From assembly GCA_050185275.1 (NCBI GenBank), contig JBFWZN010000003.1:147436-211435 (forward strand): a stretch of 64,000 bases of DNA. Reading direction: 5' to 3'. The notes beneath the pieces were generated by a model. It did no database searches, was not told where the DNA came from, and saw only the letters and a list, made by a program, of their open reading frames with translations. Every line of letters begins with the position of its first letter. Position 1 is the first letter of the stretch. Positions 42,687 through 51,865 of the stretch are shown one piece after another. The translations under genes and the position numbers were made by a program. Source of the stretch: Vicinamibacterales bacterium (lineage in GTDB: Bacteria; Acidobacteriota; Vicinamibacteria; Vicinamibacterales; UBA2999).

Positions 42687-43298
42687 ATGGCCGCGCTCGT
42701 CCAAACCACCGTGCGTACCCTGCTGCGCGGTCCTCTTCTCGTCCTTCTGCTCGCCGGCATCGGCGGAAGCCTGAGCGTAGAGGTACGTGCGCAGGAGGCC
42801 AAGCCGCAGGGCAGGGCTCAGGAGCAGAGCGCTCAGGAACAGGGGCATGAAGAAGAGAGGCCCACGGAGGACCCGCACCGCTACGGGGTGGCGCATCGGC
42901 GAAGCCGTCCGATTACCGAGACTGCCGAACGCGTGGCGCGTGAGCTATGGCCGACCGACGTGCGAGCCATCGAGGATACCGATGACGAGCGGCCGCGGTT
43001 CCGAGCATCCGTCACCGTGGAACTCCCGCCGCTCCCTCCGCCCTGGTACGACCCCGATGCCCCGACCGTCCAGCAGCGTGGCACCCTCTATCACCGGGAG
43101 TTCCTGGCCAGCGTGACGCCCGAGGCGTTTCGCGCGAGTCAGCTGGTGCGCTCGACCGGTGGCGTGAGCGTTGACCCGGGCACCATGTTCGACCCCATCA
43201 AGCGCACGTGGCGCGAGTGGCAGGCCAGGCGCATCCGCGCCCGCATCCAGGAAGAACTCGCACACCTCCGCGTGGTCGGCGACGACGCGGAACCGTAG
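42687..43298 (+). CDS. hypothetical secreted/membrane-anchored protein
   Basis: N-terminal hydrophobic segment LLRGPLLVLLLAGIGGSL is followed by a QE-rich linker. No family is recognised. Confidence 0.45.
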   Translation: MAALVQTTVRTLLRGPLLVLLLAGIGGSLSVEVRAQEAKPQGRAQEQSAQEQGHEEERPTEDPHRYGVAHRRSRPITETAERVARELWPTDVRAIEDTDDERPRFRASVTVELPPLPPPWYDPDAPTVQQRGTLYHREFLASVTPEAFRASQLVRSTGGVSVDPGTMFDPIKRTWREWQARRIRARIQEELAHLRVVGDDAEP

Positions 43299-43393
43299 CG
43301 CGCTCTGCTGCACCGGCCGCCGCGCCTTCCTGAGCGGGCCTGCGGCGTGGGTTCCTGCTCGCGGAAGCCGCTCGCGAGCCTGCGCCGCCCAGG

Positions 43394-43918
43394 TCAGCGC
43401 GCGCAGTGCGCGTCAGGACGACGATAAATCCGGTGGCAGGTGCTGCACGACTCCGCCAGCGTGATGGCGGCTTCACCAACGCGTTCCTGGTTCTTCGTCC
43501 GCGCCGCCACGGCCACGGCGCCGGCTGCCTCGCGCAACTCCCGCACGGCGGCCGTCCATGCGGCCTCGTCCACCGGCACGGCCGTACCGTTGGCGCACAG
43601 GCGGCCACGCAGGTCCAGCAGGTCGGCAGATTCCATCAGGGCCAGGCCGCTGTTCTCCACCGCCTGCCATCCGCCGTACAGGCCGGTGAGCGGGTCGGTG
43701 GAGGCCGCCGGCCGCGCGTCGCGCGGCATGGCGGCCGGGTCCTGGCCCTCGGCGACGAAGATCACGTTGGCGTTGGGAAAGAGGACCGCCTGCATCAGCT
43801 GCGCGACGGTGGAGGCGGGACGGGGCGCCGGCGTCTGCGCCTGCACGAGGGCAAGCGCGGCGACGCCGGCGATCAGGAAGACGGGGACGACACGCCGCCA
43901 GGACGCGCCGGCAGCCAC
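43394..43918 (-). CDS. class II-like c-type cytochrome (cytochrome c'/c556-like four-helix type)
   Basis: Signal peptide (V)AAGASWRRVVPVFLIAGVAALALVQAQ. A single CxxCH (CSTCH) lies close to the C-terminus, as in class II cytochromes c. Confidence 0.55.
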   Translation of the reverse strand: MAAGASWRRVVPVFLIAGVAALALVQAQTPAPRPASTVAQLMQAVLFPNANVIFVAEGQDPAAMPRDARPAASTDPLTGLYGGWQAVENSGLALMESADLLDLRGRLCANGTAVPVDEAAWTAAVRELREAAGAVAVAARTKNQERVGEAAITLAESCSTCHRIYRRPDAHCAR

Positions 43919-43926
43919 GAGAACGC

Positions 43927-44694
43927 CTACTGCGAGTCCGAGGCGCGGCAGTTGCCGCCCGGGCAGCGGTTGTTCTCTTCGCACACGTACTCGAGCAGGC
44001 CCAGGTTCTCCCAGTCGGGACGATGCGTGAGCGTGAAGTCCTGCGACCACGGGCGCTCGAAGATCTTCGAGTCGTCGATCGTGATCCGGTACCGCAGCGT
44101 GTCGCCCACCCGCTCCAGCCGCTCGGTGGTCTTCAACGCATCGGTGTGCCAGCGGCTCTTCGTGGGATCCGTGTAGTGATAGTCGTCGAGGATCCACGGC
44201 TTGAAGTTGACCGTCTCGATGACGAGCGCATCCCCGTCCCAGCGGCCCACCGAGTCGCCGTAGTAGCTCGGCTCGATGTCCTCGCGGTGCGGACGCCCGT
44301 CGGTCGGGATGATGCGGGCGGCCCGCTGCAGCTCGGGGATGATGACGATGTGATCCGGGTTCTGCACGATTTGAATCGGCAGGATGTACAGCATGCCCGA
44401 TGGAAAGCCCGCCGGCAGGCACGCGGCGCGCGGCTCGTCCTCGCGCACGTTGCCGGTGCGCGCGCGATAGAGCAGCGACTCGGCGCCCGGCTTCACCGGC
44501 GCCATCTTGTCGGCATTGAAGATCAGGTTGCCGCGCGGCCCCTGGGCGTTGACGGTGGCTGGCGGCGTGTACATGCCGGAGAAGTCGGGCTTGCCGTTCG
44601 CCATGCGGGGCACGTCCTGTGCCTCGATGTGACTGCCGGCCAGCAGCGCCAGCGCGCCTGCGACCACGACGGCGCCGATCGCGCGGCGGCTCAT
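43927..44694 (-). CDS. secreted hypothetical protein, paralogue of 59829-60728
   Basis: Signal peptide MSRRAIGAVVVAGALALLAGSHIEAQ. Shared blocks with the paralogue include C-LPG-P, DGR-H, S-GRWDGD-LVI--V-F and D-L---ER. Confidence 0.6.
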   Translation of the reverse strand: MSRRAIGAVVVAGALALLAGSHIEAQDVPRMANGKPDFSGMYTPPATVNAQGPRGNLIFNADKMAPVKPGAESLLYRARTGNVREDEPRAACLPAGFPSGMLYILPIQIVQNPDHIVIIPELQRAARIIPTDGRPHREDIEPSYYGDSVGRWDGDALVIETVNFKPWILDDYHYTDPTKSRWHTDALKTTERLERVGDTLRYRITIDDSKIFERPWSQDFTLTHRPDWENLGLLEYVCEENNRCPGGNCRASDSQ

Positions 44695-45086
44695 CGCCCG
44701 CCCTCCGTCGGCGTCAGCACGTTGCGGCCGTCCGCGAAAGTCACGCGCCGTGTGGACGCGTTGGTCGAGCCGTCACGGGCACGGGCACCCTCGACGAGCA
44801 CCACCTCGCCAATCTTGAAGTTGGCTTTGGTGACGCCGCGGCGGATGAGCGCCCCGGGGGGCGCGGTCGAGAAGCCCCACGTGGTGAGGCTGCCGTCCGG
44901 CTCCTTCACCTCGACATAGAACCAGACGTGCGGGTTCTGCCACTCGACGTTCTTCAATGTGCCGCTGACCTTCACCGGCTTGTCCGGGTCGAACTCGGCG
45001 ATCTCCGAATGGTGTGCACGCACGAGCGTGGCCGTGGCCAGCAGGGCCACGCCGACGACGAGCGGGAGCAGTCTGTTGCGCGTCAT
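44691..45086 (-). CDS. DUF6152-like small secreted protein, paralogue of 60725-61144
   Basis: The signal peptide ends AHHS. NVEWQNPHVWFYVEV corresponds to RVEFRNPHIWIFLDV in the paralogue. A 4-nt ATGA-type overlap with the downstream gene occurs in both loci. Confidence 0.6.
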   Translation of the reverse strand: MTRNRLLPLVVGVALLATATLVRAHHSEIAEFDPDKPVKVSGTLKNVEWQNPHVWFYVEVKEPDGSLTTWGFSTAPPGALIRRGVTKANFKIGEVVLVEGARARDGSTNASTRRVTFADGRNVLTPTEGGR

Positions 45087-45149
45087 GAAAGCACCTCGCA
45101 AAAAGCAGATAGAGCTGCCGGAGACTTTAGGTGGGTGGGCCGGCAACCG

Positions 45150-45641
45150 TCAACCAAGCTCGGGGAAATAGGGCAGCATCCGGCCGAAATACAGCACGGC
45201 AAACCAGGCCAGCAGTGAGACCGCCCCGACAATCTTGAAGGTCGCCGGCGTGTCCTTCCCCGCCCCCAGGGACAGCACGCGGGCGCCCTGCGTGGTCTCG
45301 AAGAACATGGCGTTCAGGCCGGCCACGAGCAGGAAAGCCATCTTGCCCCACCAGGCCCAGCTCACCGCATATTGCGGCGGGAACGTCAGGAAGAACAGGG
45401 TGCCCGTCACCAGGTTGATGGCGAATCCGATGAGCGCCAGGGGCATGAACTGTCGGATCGTCGCGATTGGCACCGCCTTCATGAAGCCGAGGAGCCGCAG
45501 GTCGAGCAGGCCGGTGGCCCCGATGAGCAGGGTGAGCCCGATGAAGTGCAGTGTTTCCGACAGCGGCCACAGCCACACCGCCTGCGACTGCAGGAAGAGC
45601 GAGACCGGCGTGTCCTGGAGGTATTGCGCGTACGTGCCCAT
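45150..45641 (-). CDS. four-TM membrane protein (uncharacterised family)
   Basis: Four hydrophobic segments. It is paralogous to the adjacent 45664-46134 gene (shared H--G--L--G----L--RLLG pattern). Confidence 0.6.
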   Translation of the reverse strand: MGTYAQYLQDTPVSLFLQSQAVWLWPLSETLHFIGLTLLIGATGLLDLRLLGFMKAVPIATIRQFMPLALIGFAINLVTGTLFFLTFPPQYAVSWAWWGKMAFLLVAGLNAMFFETTQGARVLSLGAGKDTPATFKIVGAVSLLAWFAVLYFGRMLPYFPELG

Positions 45642-45663
45642 CAGTACCGTTCCGGTCCTGGGT

Positions 45664-46134
45664 CTACCGGATGTAGGCCATCATCCGCCCAGCGACAATC
45701 GCGCTGGCCCAAGCCGCCAGGGATACGACGGCGAGCACCCGCACGTGTACCGGGACCGCGCCGGGCTGGCCGTGGTGCCTGACGATGCGGGCGAGCGGCG
45801 CCGTGACGAGCAGGGCGAGGGCGACGAGCGACAGCTTGATCCAGAAGATCGCCTGCGCGGCCTTCGCCGTGGCGGCGATGGCGAACAGGATGAAGCCGCT
45901 GATCGCGTTGACGGAGAAGCCCACCCACAGAATGGGAAACAGCAGGCCGAAGGCAGAAAGGGGCGCCGAGCGGCCTAGGCCGAGCAGCCGGGCGTTCAGG
46001 ACTACCGCCGATCCCACGGTGAGGGCGAGGCCGGCCGTGTGCAGGACCAGAATCGTCGGGTACCCCCAGATCGACCCGGACTCCGAGATGGTAACGAACA
46101 CGGGCAGGTCCTGCAGCCGCTCGAGCACTGACAC
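45664..46134 (-). CDS. four-TM membrane protein (paralogue of 45150-45641)
   Basis: Same topology and shared motifs: LHTAGLALTVGSAVVLNARLLGL here and LHFIGLTLLIGATGLLDLRLLGF in the neighbour. Confidence 0.6.
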   Translation of the reverse strand: MSVLERLQDLPVFVTISESGSIWGYPTILVLHTAGLALTVGSAVVLNARLLGLGRSAPLSAFGLLFPILWVGFSVNAISGFILFAIAATAKAAQAIFWIKLSLVALALLVTAPLARIVRHHGQPGAVPVHVRVLAVVSLAAWASAIVAGRMMAYIR

Positions 46135-46287
46135 CGGACGATCCTAATCCAGCCCCGCCGCCGGCGGCGGGCGGATTCGATGGGCGCTTGGCGCCTCCGG
46201 GCGGCGAGCGAGCGAGGCGTGGTCCGGCCGTGTGGAACGGCACGATGCCGGAGCACGGGCGCACCACCTCGTATAGAGTACGCGCGC

Positions 46288-48501
46288 ATGTGCAGAGCCG
46301 CCTGTCTGGCGCTGGTCGCCCTCGTCGCGTTCACCGGTGAGGGGCGGGCGCAGCAGGCGCCCGCGGAGGCCCGGCGCACCGCCGTGGTCACCACCGCCAC
46401 CTCCCCCCTGTCGATCGACGGTGTCCTCGACGAAGCGGCCTGGGAGACCGCCGCGCCCATCGGCGAACTGGTGCAGCGCCAGCCACGCGTGGGCGAAGCG
46501 CCGACCGAGCGCACGGTCATCCGCCTCCTGCACGATGCCGACAACCTGTATGTCGGCGTGCAGGCCTACGACACCGAGCCGGGCAACATCGTCGCCACGC
46601 AGATGGAGCGTGATGCGGGGCTCGGTTCGGACGACCGCATCGAGCTGGTGTTCGACACCTTCCGCGATCAGAGCAACGCGTTCTACTTCGCCACCAATCC
46701 CGCCGGCACCTACGTGGACGGCATCGCCTTCATCAACGGCGACCTCAACTCCGAGTGGGACACCATCTGGGACGTGCGCACGCAGCGCACCGCCGAAGGG
46801 TGGACCGCCGAGTTCGCCATCCCGTTCAAGAGCCTCAACTTCCCCGAAGGGCAGTCGGTGTGGGGCTTCAACGTGGCGCGCACCATCAGCCGCAAGCTCG
46901 AAGAGAACCGATGGTCGGGGGCCCGCTTGGATGTCACCCGGTTTGCGCAGGTGTCCGACGCCGGAGAGATCTCGGGCCTCGGCGAGCTGACGCAGGGCAA
47001 GGGGCTCGACATCCGCCCTTTCCTGGCGGGCCGCCGGCTCGACCTGCGTGCAGCCGATGAGGCCACGTATCTCGGCAAGCCGGGATTCAACCTGTTCTAC
47101 AACTTCACCCCGAGCCTGAAGCTCTCGGCCACGGTGAACACGGACTTCGGCGAGACGGAGGTGGACGCGCGGCAGATCAACCTGTCGCGGTTCTCGGTGC
47201 TCTTTCCCGAACGGCGGCAGTTCTTCCTCGAGGACGCCGGCGTCTTCAGCTTCGCGAGTACCGGACCCACGCCGGCCGCGGGCATCCCCGGCACCGGCGC
47301 CGAGGTGTTTCCCTTCTTCAGCCGGCAGGTGGGGCTCTTGGGCGGTCAGGAGGTGCCCATCGACTTCGGGCTGAAGCTCACGGGGAAGGTGGGCCAGACC
47401 GACGTGGGCTTCCTCGACGTGCGCACGCGCGACGTCGCCATCTCCGACGCCAAGAACTTCGTCATCGGCCGGGTGCGGCAGAACTTCTCGCAGCAGTCCT
47501 ACATTGGCGCCATCTTCACCGACGGGGACCCGTCGCGTTCGGCCTCGAGCCGCACGTTCGGCGCCGACGTCCGACTGGCGACGGCGCGCTTCCTGGGCCG
47601 CCCGCGCAACCTCGTGGTCAACGCCTACGCGCTGCGCAGCGCCAACGAGGGTGTGTCAGGCAAGGACGCGTCCTACGGCTTCTCGGTGGCGTATCCGAAC
47701 GACCGGTACAGCGCGCAGTTCGTGATGCGCGAGATCCAGGAGAACTTCCGGCCCGCCATCGGGTTCGTGCAACGCGGCAACGTGCGGCTGCTGCGCGCGG
47801 CGTTCAGCTTCAACCCGCGCCCGCGGTTCCTCAACCTGCAGCAGATGTTCCACGACTTCTACTACACGCGTTTCACCAGCCTCGCCAACAACCAGCTGGT
47901 GAGCCAGGACTTCTACATGACGCTCCTGGACTGGCACCTGCGCACCGGCGACTCCTTCCACGGCATGCTCGACCTGAACGTCGTCAACGAGCATCTCTTC
48001 GCGCCGTTCGTCATCTCGCCCGGTGTCGTGCTCCCGGTCGGCGAATACACGTTCACGCGCTTCCGGAGCAATTTCCTCACGTCAGCCACGCGCCGGCGGG
48101 TATCGGGCAACTTCACCGTGTCGTGGGGCGACTACTGGTCGGGCACGGCCGAGCAAGTGCAGGCGGGCATTGCCTTCCGCATGCCGCCGACATTGACGCT
48201 GAGCGTCAACACCAACCAGACGTTCGCCACGCTGCCCGAGGGGTCGTTCACCGCCCGCATCTTCACCGCCAACGCGAACTATGCGGTCTCCGCCCGCCTG
48301 TCGTTCAGCAACCTCGTGCAGTACGACAACCGGTCGGAGAACCTCGGGTGGCAGAGCCGCGTGCGGTGGACGCTTCGCCCGGGCGACGACCTGTTCGTGT
48401 CCTTCAACCAGGGCTGGATTCGCGAGGACGGCGAGGACGTGCGCTTCCGGACGGAAGACAATCGCCTCGCCGTGAAGTTGCAGTACGCCTTCCGCTTCTG
48501 A
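46288..48501 (+). CDS. DUF5916 / CBM9-like domain outer-membrane protein
   Basis: Signal peptide MCRAACLALVALVAFTGEGRAQ. ATSPLSIDGVLDEAAWETAAPIGELVQ...NLYVGVQAYD is CBM9-like. The beta-rich C-terminal body ends in YAFRF, an OMP-type terminal Phe. Confidence 0.7.
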   Translation: MCRAACLALVALVAFTGEGRAQQAPAEARRTAVVTTATSPLSIDGVLDEAAWETAAPIGELVQRQPRVGEAPTERTVIRLLHDADNLYVGVQAYDTEPGNIVATQMERDAGLGSDDRIELVFDTFRDQSNAFYFATNPAGTYVDGIAFINGDLNSEWDTIWDVRTQRTAEGWTAEFAIPFKSLNFPEGQSVWGFNVARTISRKLEENRWSGARLDVTRFAQVSDAGEISGLGELTQGKGLDIRPFLAGRRLDLRAADEATYLGKPGFNLFYNFTPSLKLSATVNTDFGETEVDARQINLSRFSVLFPERRQFFLEDAGVFSFASTGPTPAAGIPGTGAEVFPFFSRQVGLLGGQEVPIDFGLKLTGKVGQTDVGFLDVRTRDVAISDAKNFVIGRVRQNFSQQSYIGAIFTDGDPSRSASSRTFGADVRLATARFLGRPRNLVVNAYALRSANEGVSGKDASYGFSVAYPNDRYSAQFVMREIQENFRPAIGFVQRGNVRLLRAAFSFNPRPRFLNLQQMFHDFYYTRFTSLANNQLVSQDFYMTLLDWHLRTGDSFHGMLDLNVVNEHLFAPFVISPGVVLPVGEYTFTRFRSNFLTSATRRRVSGNFTVSWGDYWSGTAEQVQAGIAFRMPPTLTLSVNTNQTFATLPEGSFTARIFTANANYAVSARLSFSNLVQYDNRSENLGWQSRVRWTLRPGDDLFVSFNQGWIREDGEDVRFRTEDNRLAVKLQYAFRF

Positions 48502-48728
48502 GCGCCGTGTGCGCTTCGGCGTCGCGCTCCGACACGCTCCTCCGGCGCGACGACGTGGGAACACGATGCTCCAGGGGATTCAGTCACTCCCCTTGCGCAT
48601 CGCGTTCCAAGCTGACGCTGTCACGTCGTGCGCAAGTCGGATCGGGCCAGAGCGCGACGCCGAACCGAACATCGCGCTAAGCGCGGGCGTCAGCCGGCGT
48701 TGCCGGACCCGAGCAATCGTTCGAAGGC

Positions 48729-49328
48729 CTACTCGGGCCGCCGGAACAGCCCGCCGTACACCGCCTTGCCCAGGATGTGACCCTGCATGGCCTGGAACAC
48801 CTGGGTGCGCGTCTCGAAGGCATCCCCCGCAGGCGCCATGGTGATCGGGATGTCGAGTGCGTAGATCTCGAACATGTAGTGATGCTTCGGGCCCGTGCCC
48901 CGTGCGCCGGGTCCCCGGTACAGCGGGCCGGTGGCGCTGATCTGGTAGGCGCCGTTGGGCAGCGTGGAGCCGCGGGGCAGGCCTTCGGGCAGGCTCGTCA
49001 CCGAGGCGGGAATGTTCCACACCAGCCAGTGCGCCTGGTCCTCGGTGGTCCGGTTGCGGGCCACGTCGAGGTCGCGCATGTGGAGCACGAACGACTGCGT
49101 GCCGGCGGGCACGTTGGTCCAGGCAATGGCCGGCGACGTGCCCCCACCTGGCTCGGCGCCAGGAGCCGCCTGGCTGAAGCGGACGGGGATGTCCGCGCCA
49201 TCCGCGAAGCCCATCACCGTGAGCGTGAGCGGGGGCCCGGCGGGTGCCTGCGCCGGCGCCTGGGCCGTCAGCGCGGCCACCGCCAGGATTGGGGCCGTCA
49301 CCATCACCATCCAGCGTGCGTGCGTCAT
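48729..49328 (-). CDS. YbhB/YbcL-family PEBP (Raf kinase inhibitor-like) protein, secreted
   Basis: GAGGAG RBS and a signal peptide. SPAIAWTNVPAGTQSFVLHMRDLD...HWLVWNIP...GPKHHYMFEIYALD are typical PEBP motifs. Confidence 0.85.
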   Translation of the reverse strand: MTHARWMVMVTAPILAVAALTAQAPAQAPAGPPLTLTVMGFADGADIPVRFSQAAPGAEPGGGTSPAIAWTNVPAGTQSFVLHMRDLDVARNRTTEDQAHWLVWNIPASVTSLPEGLPRGSTLPNGAYQISATGPLYRGPGARGTGPKHHYMFEIYALDIPITMAPAGDAFETRTQVFQAMQGHILGKAVYGGLFRRPE

Positions 49329-49677
49329 CGTGTCTCCTCGTGGCCCACGCATGTGGGCGTCCTGTTCAGCGCTGTGAGGCCCATGCCTGTGGGCAGCCCC
49401 CTCAGCACGGTGTGTGCATGGGTGCGTGAACGTCCTCATGGAATACCAGATCCGCTGCCGATCGCCAATCGGGATCGCGTCTGCGGCAGGGCTGCCCCGC
49501 CGGTGGCCGCTCACACCAGACGGCCGGATGTCCCGGGTCGGTCGCCTGGAACCGGGCCGGCGCGGCGGGCTCACGCCTCGGCCCGGGCGAAGGGTGGACA
49601 AAGACGTCGCCCGGACCGCGGGCACCGGCCGTCTCCAGCGCACCGAGCGGCGGCAGACCGCGATACAGTGTCGCCTC

Positions 49678-51219
49678 GTGGAGACGCCTGCTGCGGAAGC
49701 CCGGATCTTCATCAGCTACCGGCGCGCCGATGCGGCCGCCGATGCCGGTCGGCTTGCCGATCACCTGCAGCGCCGCCTCGGGCCTGGCCGCGTGTTCATG
49801 GACGTGGATGCCATCGAGCCTGGCGCCGACTTCGTGCAGACGCTGCAGCACTCGCTGGCGCACACGGCCGCCACGCTCGTGGTGATCGGGCGCCAGTGGA
49901 CGACCATTCCGAATGCCGAGGGGCGTCCGCGGCTCCACGACCCTGCGGACTTCGTGCGCCGGGAGGTGGAAGCGGCCCTGCAGGGGCAGGCGCCGGTGAT
50001 TCCGGTGCTGGTGCAGGGGGCATCGATGCCGCGCGCGGACGAACTGCCCGCGTCGCTGGCCGCCTTGGTGACCCGGCAGGCAGTGACGCTCGACCACGCC
50101 GAGTTCCACGACGACGCCCAGCGTCTCTGCGACCGGCTCGCGCCCCTCGTGGCGCCTGCGGACGACGGGGTGGTGGGCATCGGGCGGCCACGCCGGCGCG
50201 TGATGGCTGCCGTGGCCGCGCTCGGCCTGCTGGCGCTGGCCGGGTGGTACGGCCTCCAGGTGCGGGCACGCGCGATCCAGGCCGAAGAGGCACGGGTGCG
50301 CGCCGAACAGGTGCGTGCGCTCGTCGAGGAAGCAGGGCAGGCGGAGCAGCGCCGGCAGTGGCCCGAGGCACTGGCCGCGCTCGACCGTGCCCGCGACCTC
50401 GATCCCGCGTCGGCCGACGTGCGCGCCGCGGAGGCCGGCGTGGCGATGCGGTGGATCCGCGAGGCCGCGGTCCGCGACGGGCAGTCCACCTTTGCCGAGG
50501 CCATCGCCCCGGCGCTGGCCGTGATCGACCGACACCTGCCGTCCGCCACGGGCACCGAGCGGGCGGATCTGCTGGCGCACCAGGGGTGGGCTACCTTTCT
50601 GCTCTGGCGCGATGGCGATCGGCGGCTGGCACCCGCGGATCGGTATCGCGAAGCGCTGGCCCTCGACCCGGGCAACCCGTACGCGAACGCGATGCTCGCG
50701 CACTGGCTCCTGTGGCAGGGGGGCGGTGTCGCAGAGGCTGCCGCGCTGTTCGAGACCGCGTCGGGGGACGACCGCGCGCGCGACGTCGTCCGCCGTCTGC
50801 AGTGGGCCGCGTACGGGAACGACGGTTCGCCGGCGGCGTACGCGGAACTGCTCCGGCTGTCGGACCGCATGCGCCGCGAGGAGGTGCCGCTGTCGGCCGA
50901 GCAGGCCCAGGCGCTCTGGGCACCCTACTACTTCTCGCTGGGCGGATCGTCCACCGCGGCCTGGCCCGTGCTTCGTAGCGCGCTGTCGCCCGACGACCAC
51001 GCGACCACGCTGGCCTGGGCCTTCGGGGACTATGTGGCCGGACAGGAGGCGCGGGTGCAGACGCTGCGCTTCTACCAGGCGCTCCTCGCCAGGGACGCGG
51101 GCCGGGTGAGCGAGGCGCAGGCTGCGCTCGAGACGCTGGCGCAGGAGATGGCTGCCGACGCCGGCACGCTCCCGGACGCCGTGCGCGCCGCGTTACGGCG
51201 CAGCCCCCAGACACCCTGA
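49678..51219 (+). CDS. TIR-domain protein with a single TM helix and C-terminal TPR-like region
   Basis: RIFISYRRADAAADAGRLADHLQRRLG...VFMDVDAIEPGADF...LVVIGRQW...FVRREVEAAL resembles TIR_2. TM helix MAAVAALGLLALAGWYGLQV lies at about 50203-50262. An Ala/Leu-rich helical repeat region follows. The start is uncertain: GTG at 49678 was chosen; ATG at 49528 or 49414 is possible. Confidence 0.75.
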   Translation: METPAAEARIFISYRRADAAADAGRLADHLQRRLGPGRVFMDVDAIEPGADFVQTLQHSLAHTAATLVVIGRQWTTIPNAEGRPRLHDPADFVRREVEAALQGQAPVIPVLVQGASMPRADELPASLAALVTRQAVTLDHAEFHDDAQRLCDRLAPLVAPADDGVVGIGRPRRRVMAAVAALGLLALAGWYGLQVRARAIQAEEARVRAEQVRALVEEAGQAEQRRQWPEALAALDRARDLDPASADVRAAEAGVAMRWIREAAVRDGQSTFAEAIAPALAVIDRHLPSATGTERADLLAHQGWATFLLWRDGDRRLAPADRYREALALDPGNPYANAMLAHWLLWQGGGVAEAAALFETASGDDRARDVVRRLQWAAYGNDGSPAAYAELLRLSDRMRREEVPLSAEQAQALWAPYYFSLGGSSTAAWPVLRSALSPDDHATTLAWAFGDYVAGQEARVQTLRFYQALLARDAGRVSEAQAALETLAQEMAADAGTLPDAVRAALRRSPQTP

Positions 51220-51346
51220 GGCCCCGCGTCGGCGCCGTCGGGCGACCTCGCCAACTGGCGTTCGCGCGAGACGGCCTGAGCTGCTACGCTCAGCGAACGA
51301 TCGGCCTCCGTGCAGGCCGAACGGTCACGGCTCGAGACGGAGGAAC

Positions 51347-51820
51347 ATGATGCTGCGATGGGTGATGACGGGCGCACTCCTGCTGGCCGGTACCGCGCCG
51401 GCGCTGGCCCAGCGGGCCGAGGTGAGCGCGGCCGAGGAGGCCAACAAGAAGGTGGTCCACGAGTTCTACCGGCAGGTGTGGGAGACCGGCAACGCCGATC
51501 TGCTCGGCCAGTTCTATGCGGCTGATTTCATCGAACACAACCCGGCCGTGCCCCCCGGGGGCCTCGACGGCCTGAAGGCCTTCCTGCGTCGGCGCTTCCC
51601 CGAGCCCAGGCCCGCCGGCGCGGATCTGCGGAATCCACCGTCGCTCGTGCTCGTGGACGGCGACGTGGTGACCTGGATCTTCCAGCGCGAGCAGAAGGAT
51701 CCGCGGGACGGGTCGCCCTATCCCAGCTTCTGGTTCGACGCCTACCGCGTGCGCAACGGCAAGGTCGTGGAGCACTGGGACGCCGCGACGCGACCCACGC
51801 CGCCGCCGGCGGCGCGCTGA
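51347..51820 (+). CDS. SnoaL-like / NTF2-fold protein (ester cyclase-like), secreted
   Basis: A signal peptide is present. NKKVVHEFYRQVWETGNADLLGQFYAADFIEHNP and GKVVEHWD are typical of the family. Confidence 0.7.
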   Translation: MMLRWVMTGALLLAGTAPALAQRAEVSAAEEANKKVVHEFYRQVWETGNADLLGQFYAADFIEHNPAVPPGGLDGLKAFLRRRFPEPRPAGADLRNPPSLVLVDGDVVTWIFQREQKDPRDGSPYPSFWFDAYRVRNGKVVEHWDAATRPTPPPAAR

Positions 51821-51865
51821 GCGCCCGCATCAGCGGTTCGCGCGCGGTTGCCGTGGGGGCTCGCC

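Noticed and set aside
48777-51000. 733-aa plus-strand ORF (48777-50978) and 532-aa minus-strand ORF (49402-51000)
   Set aside because: Both are Arg/Gly/Pro/Ala-rich low-complexity translations. They overlap the PEBP gene and the TIR gene in other frames. The TIR frame has clear domain motifs.
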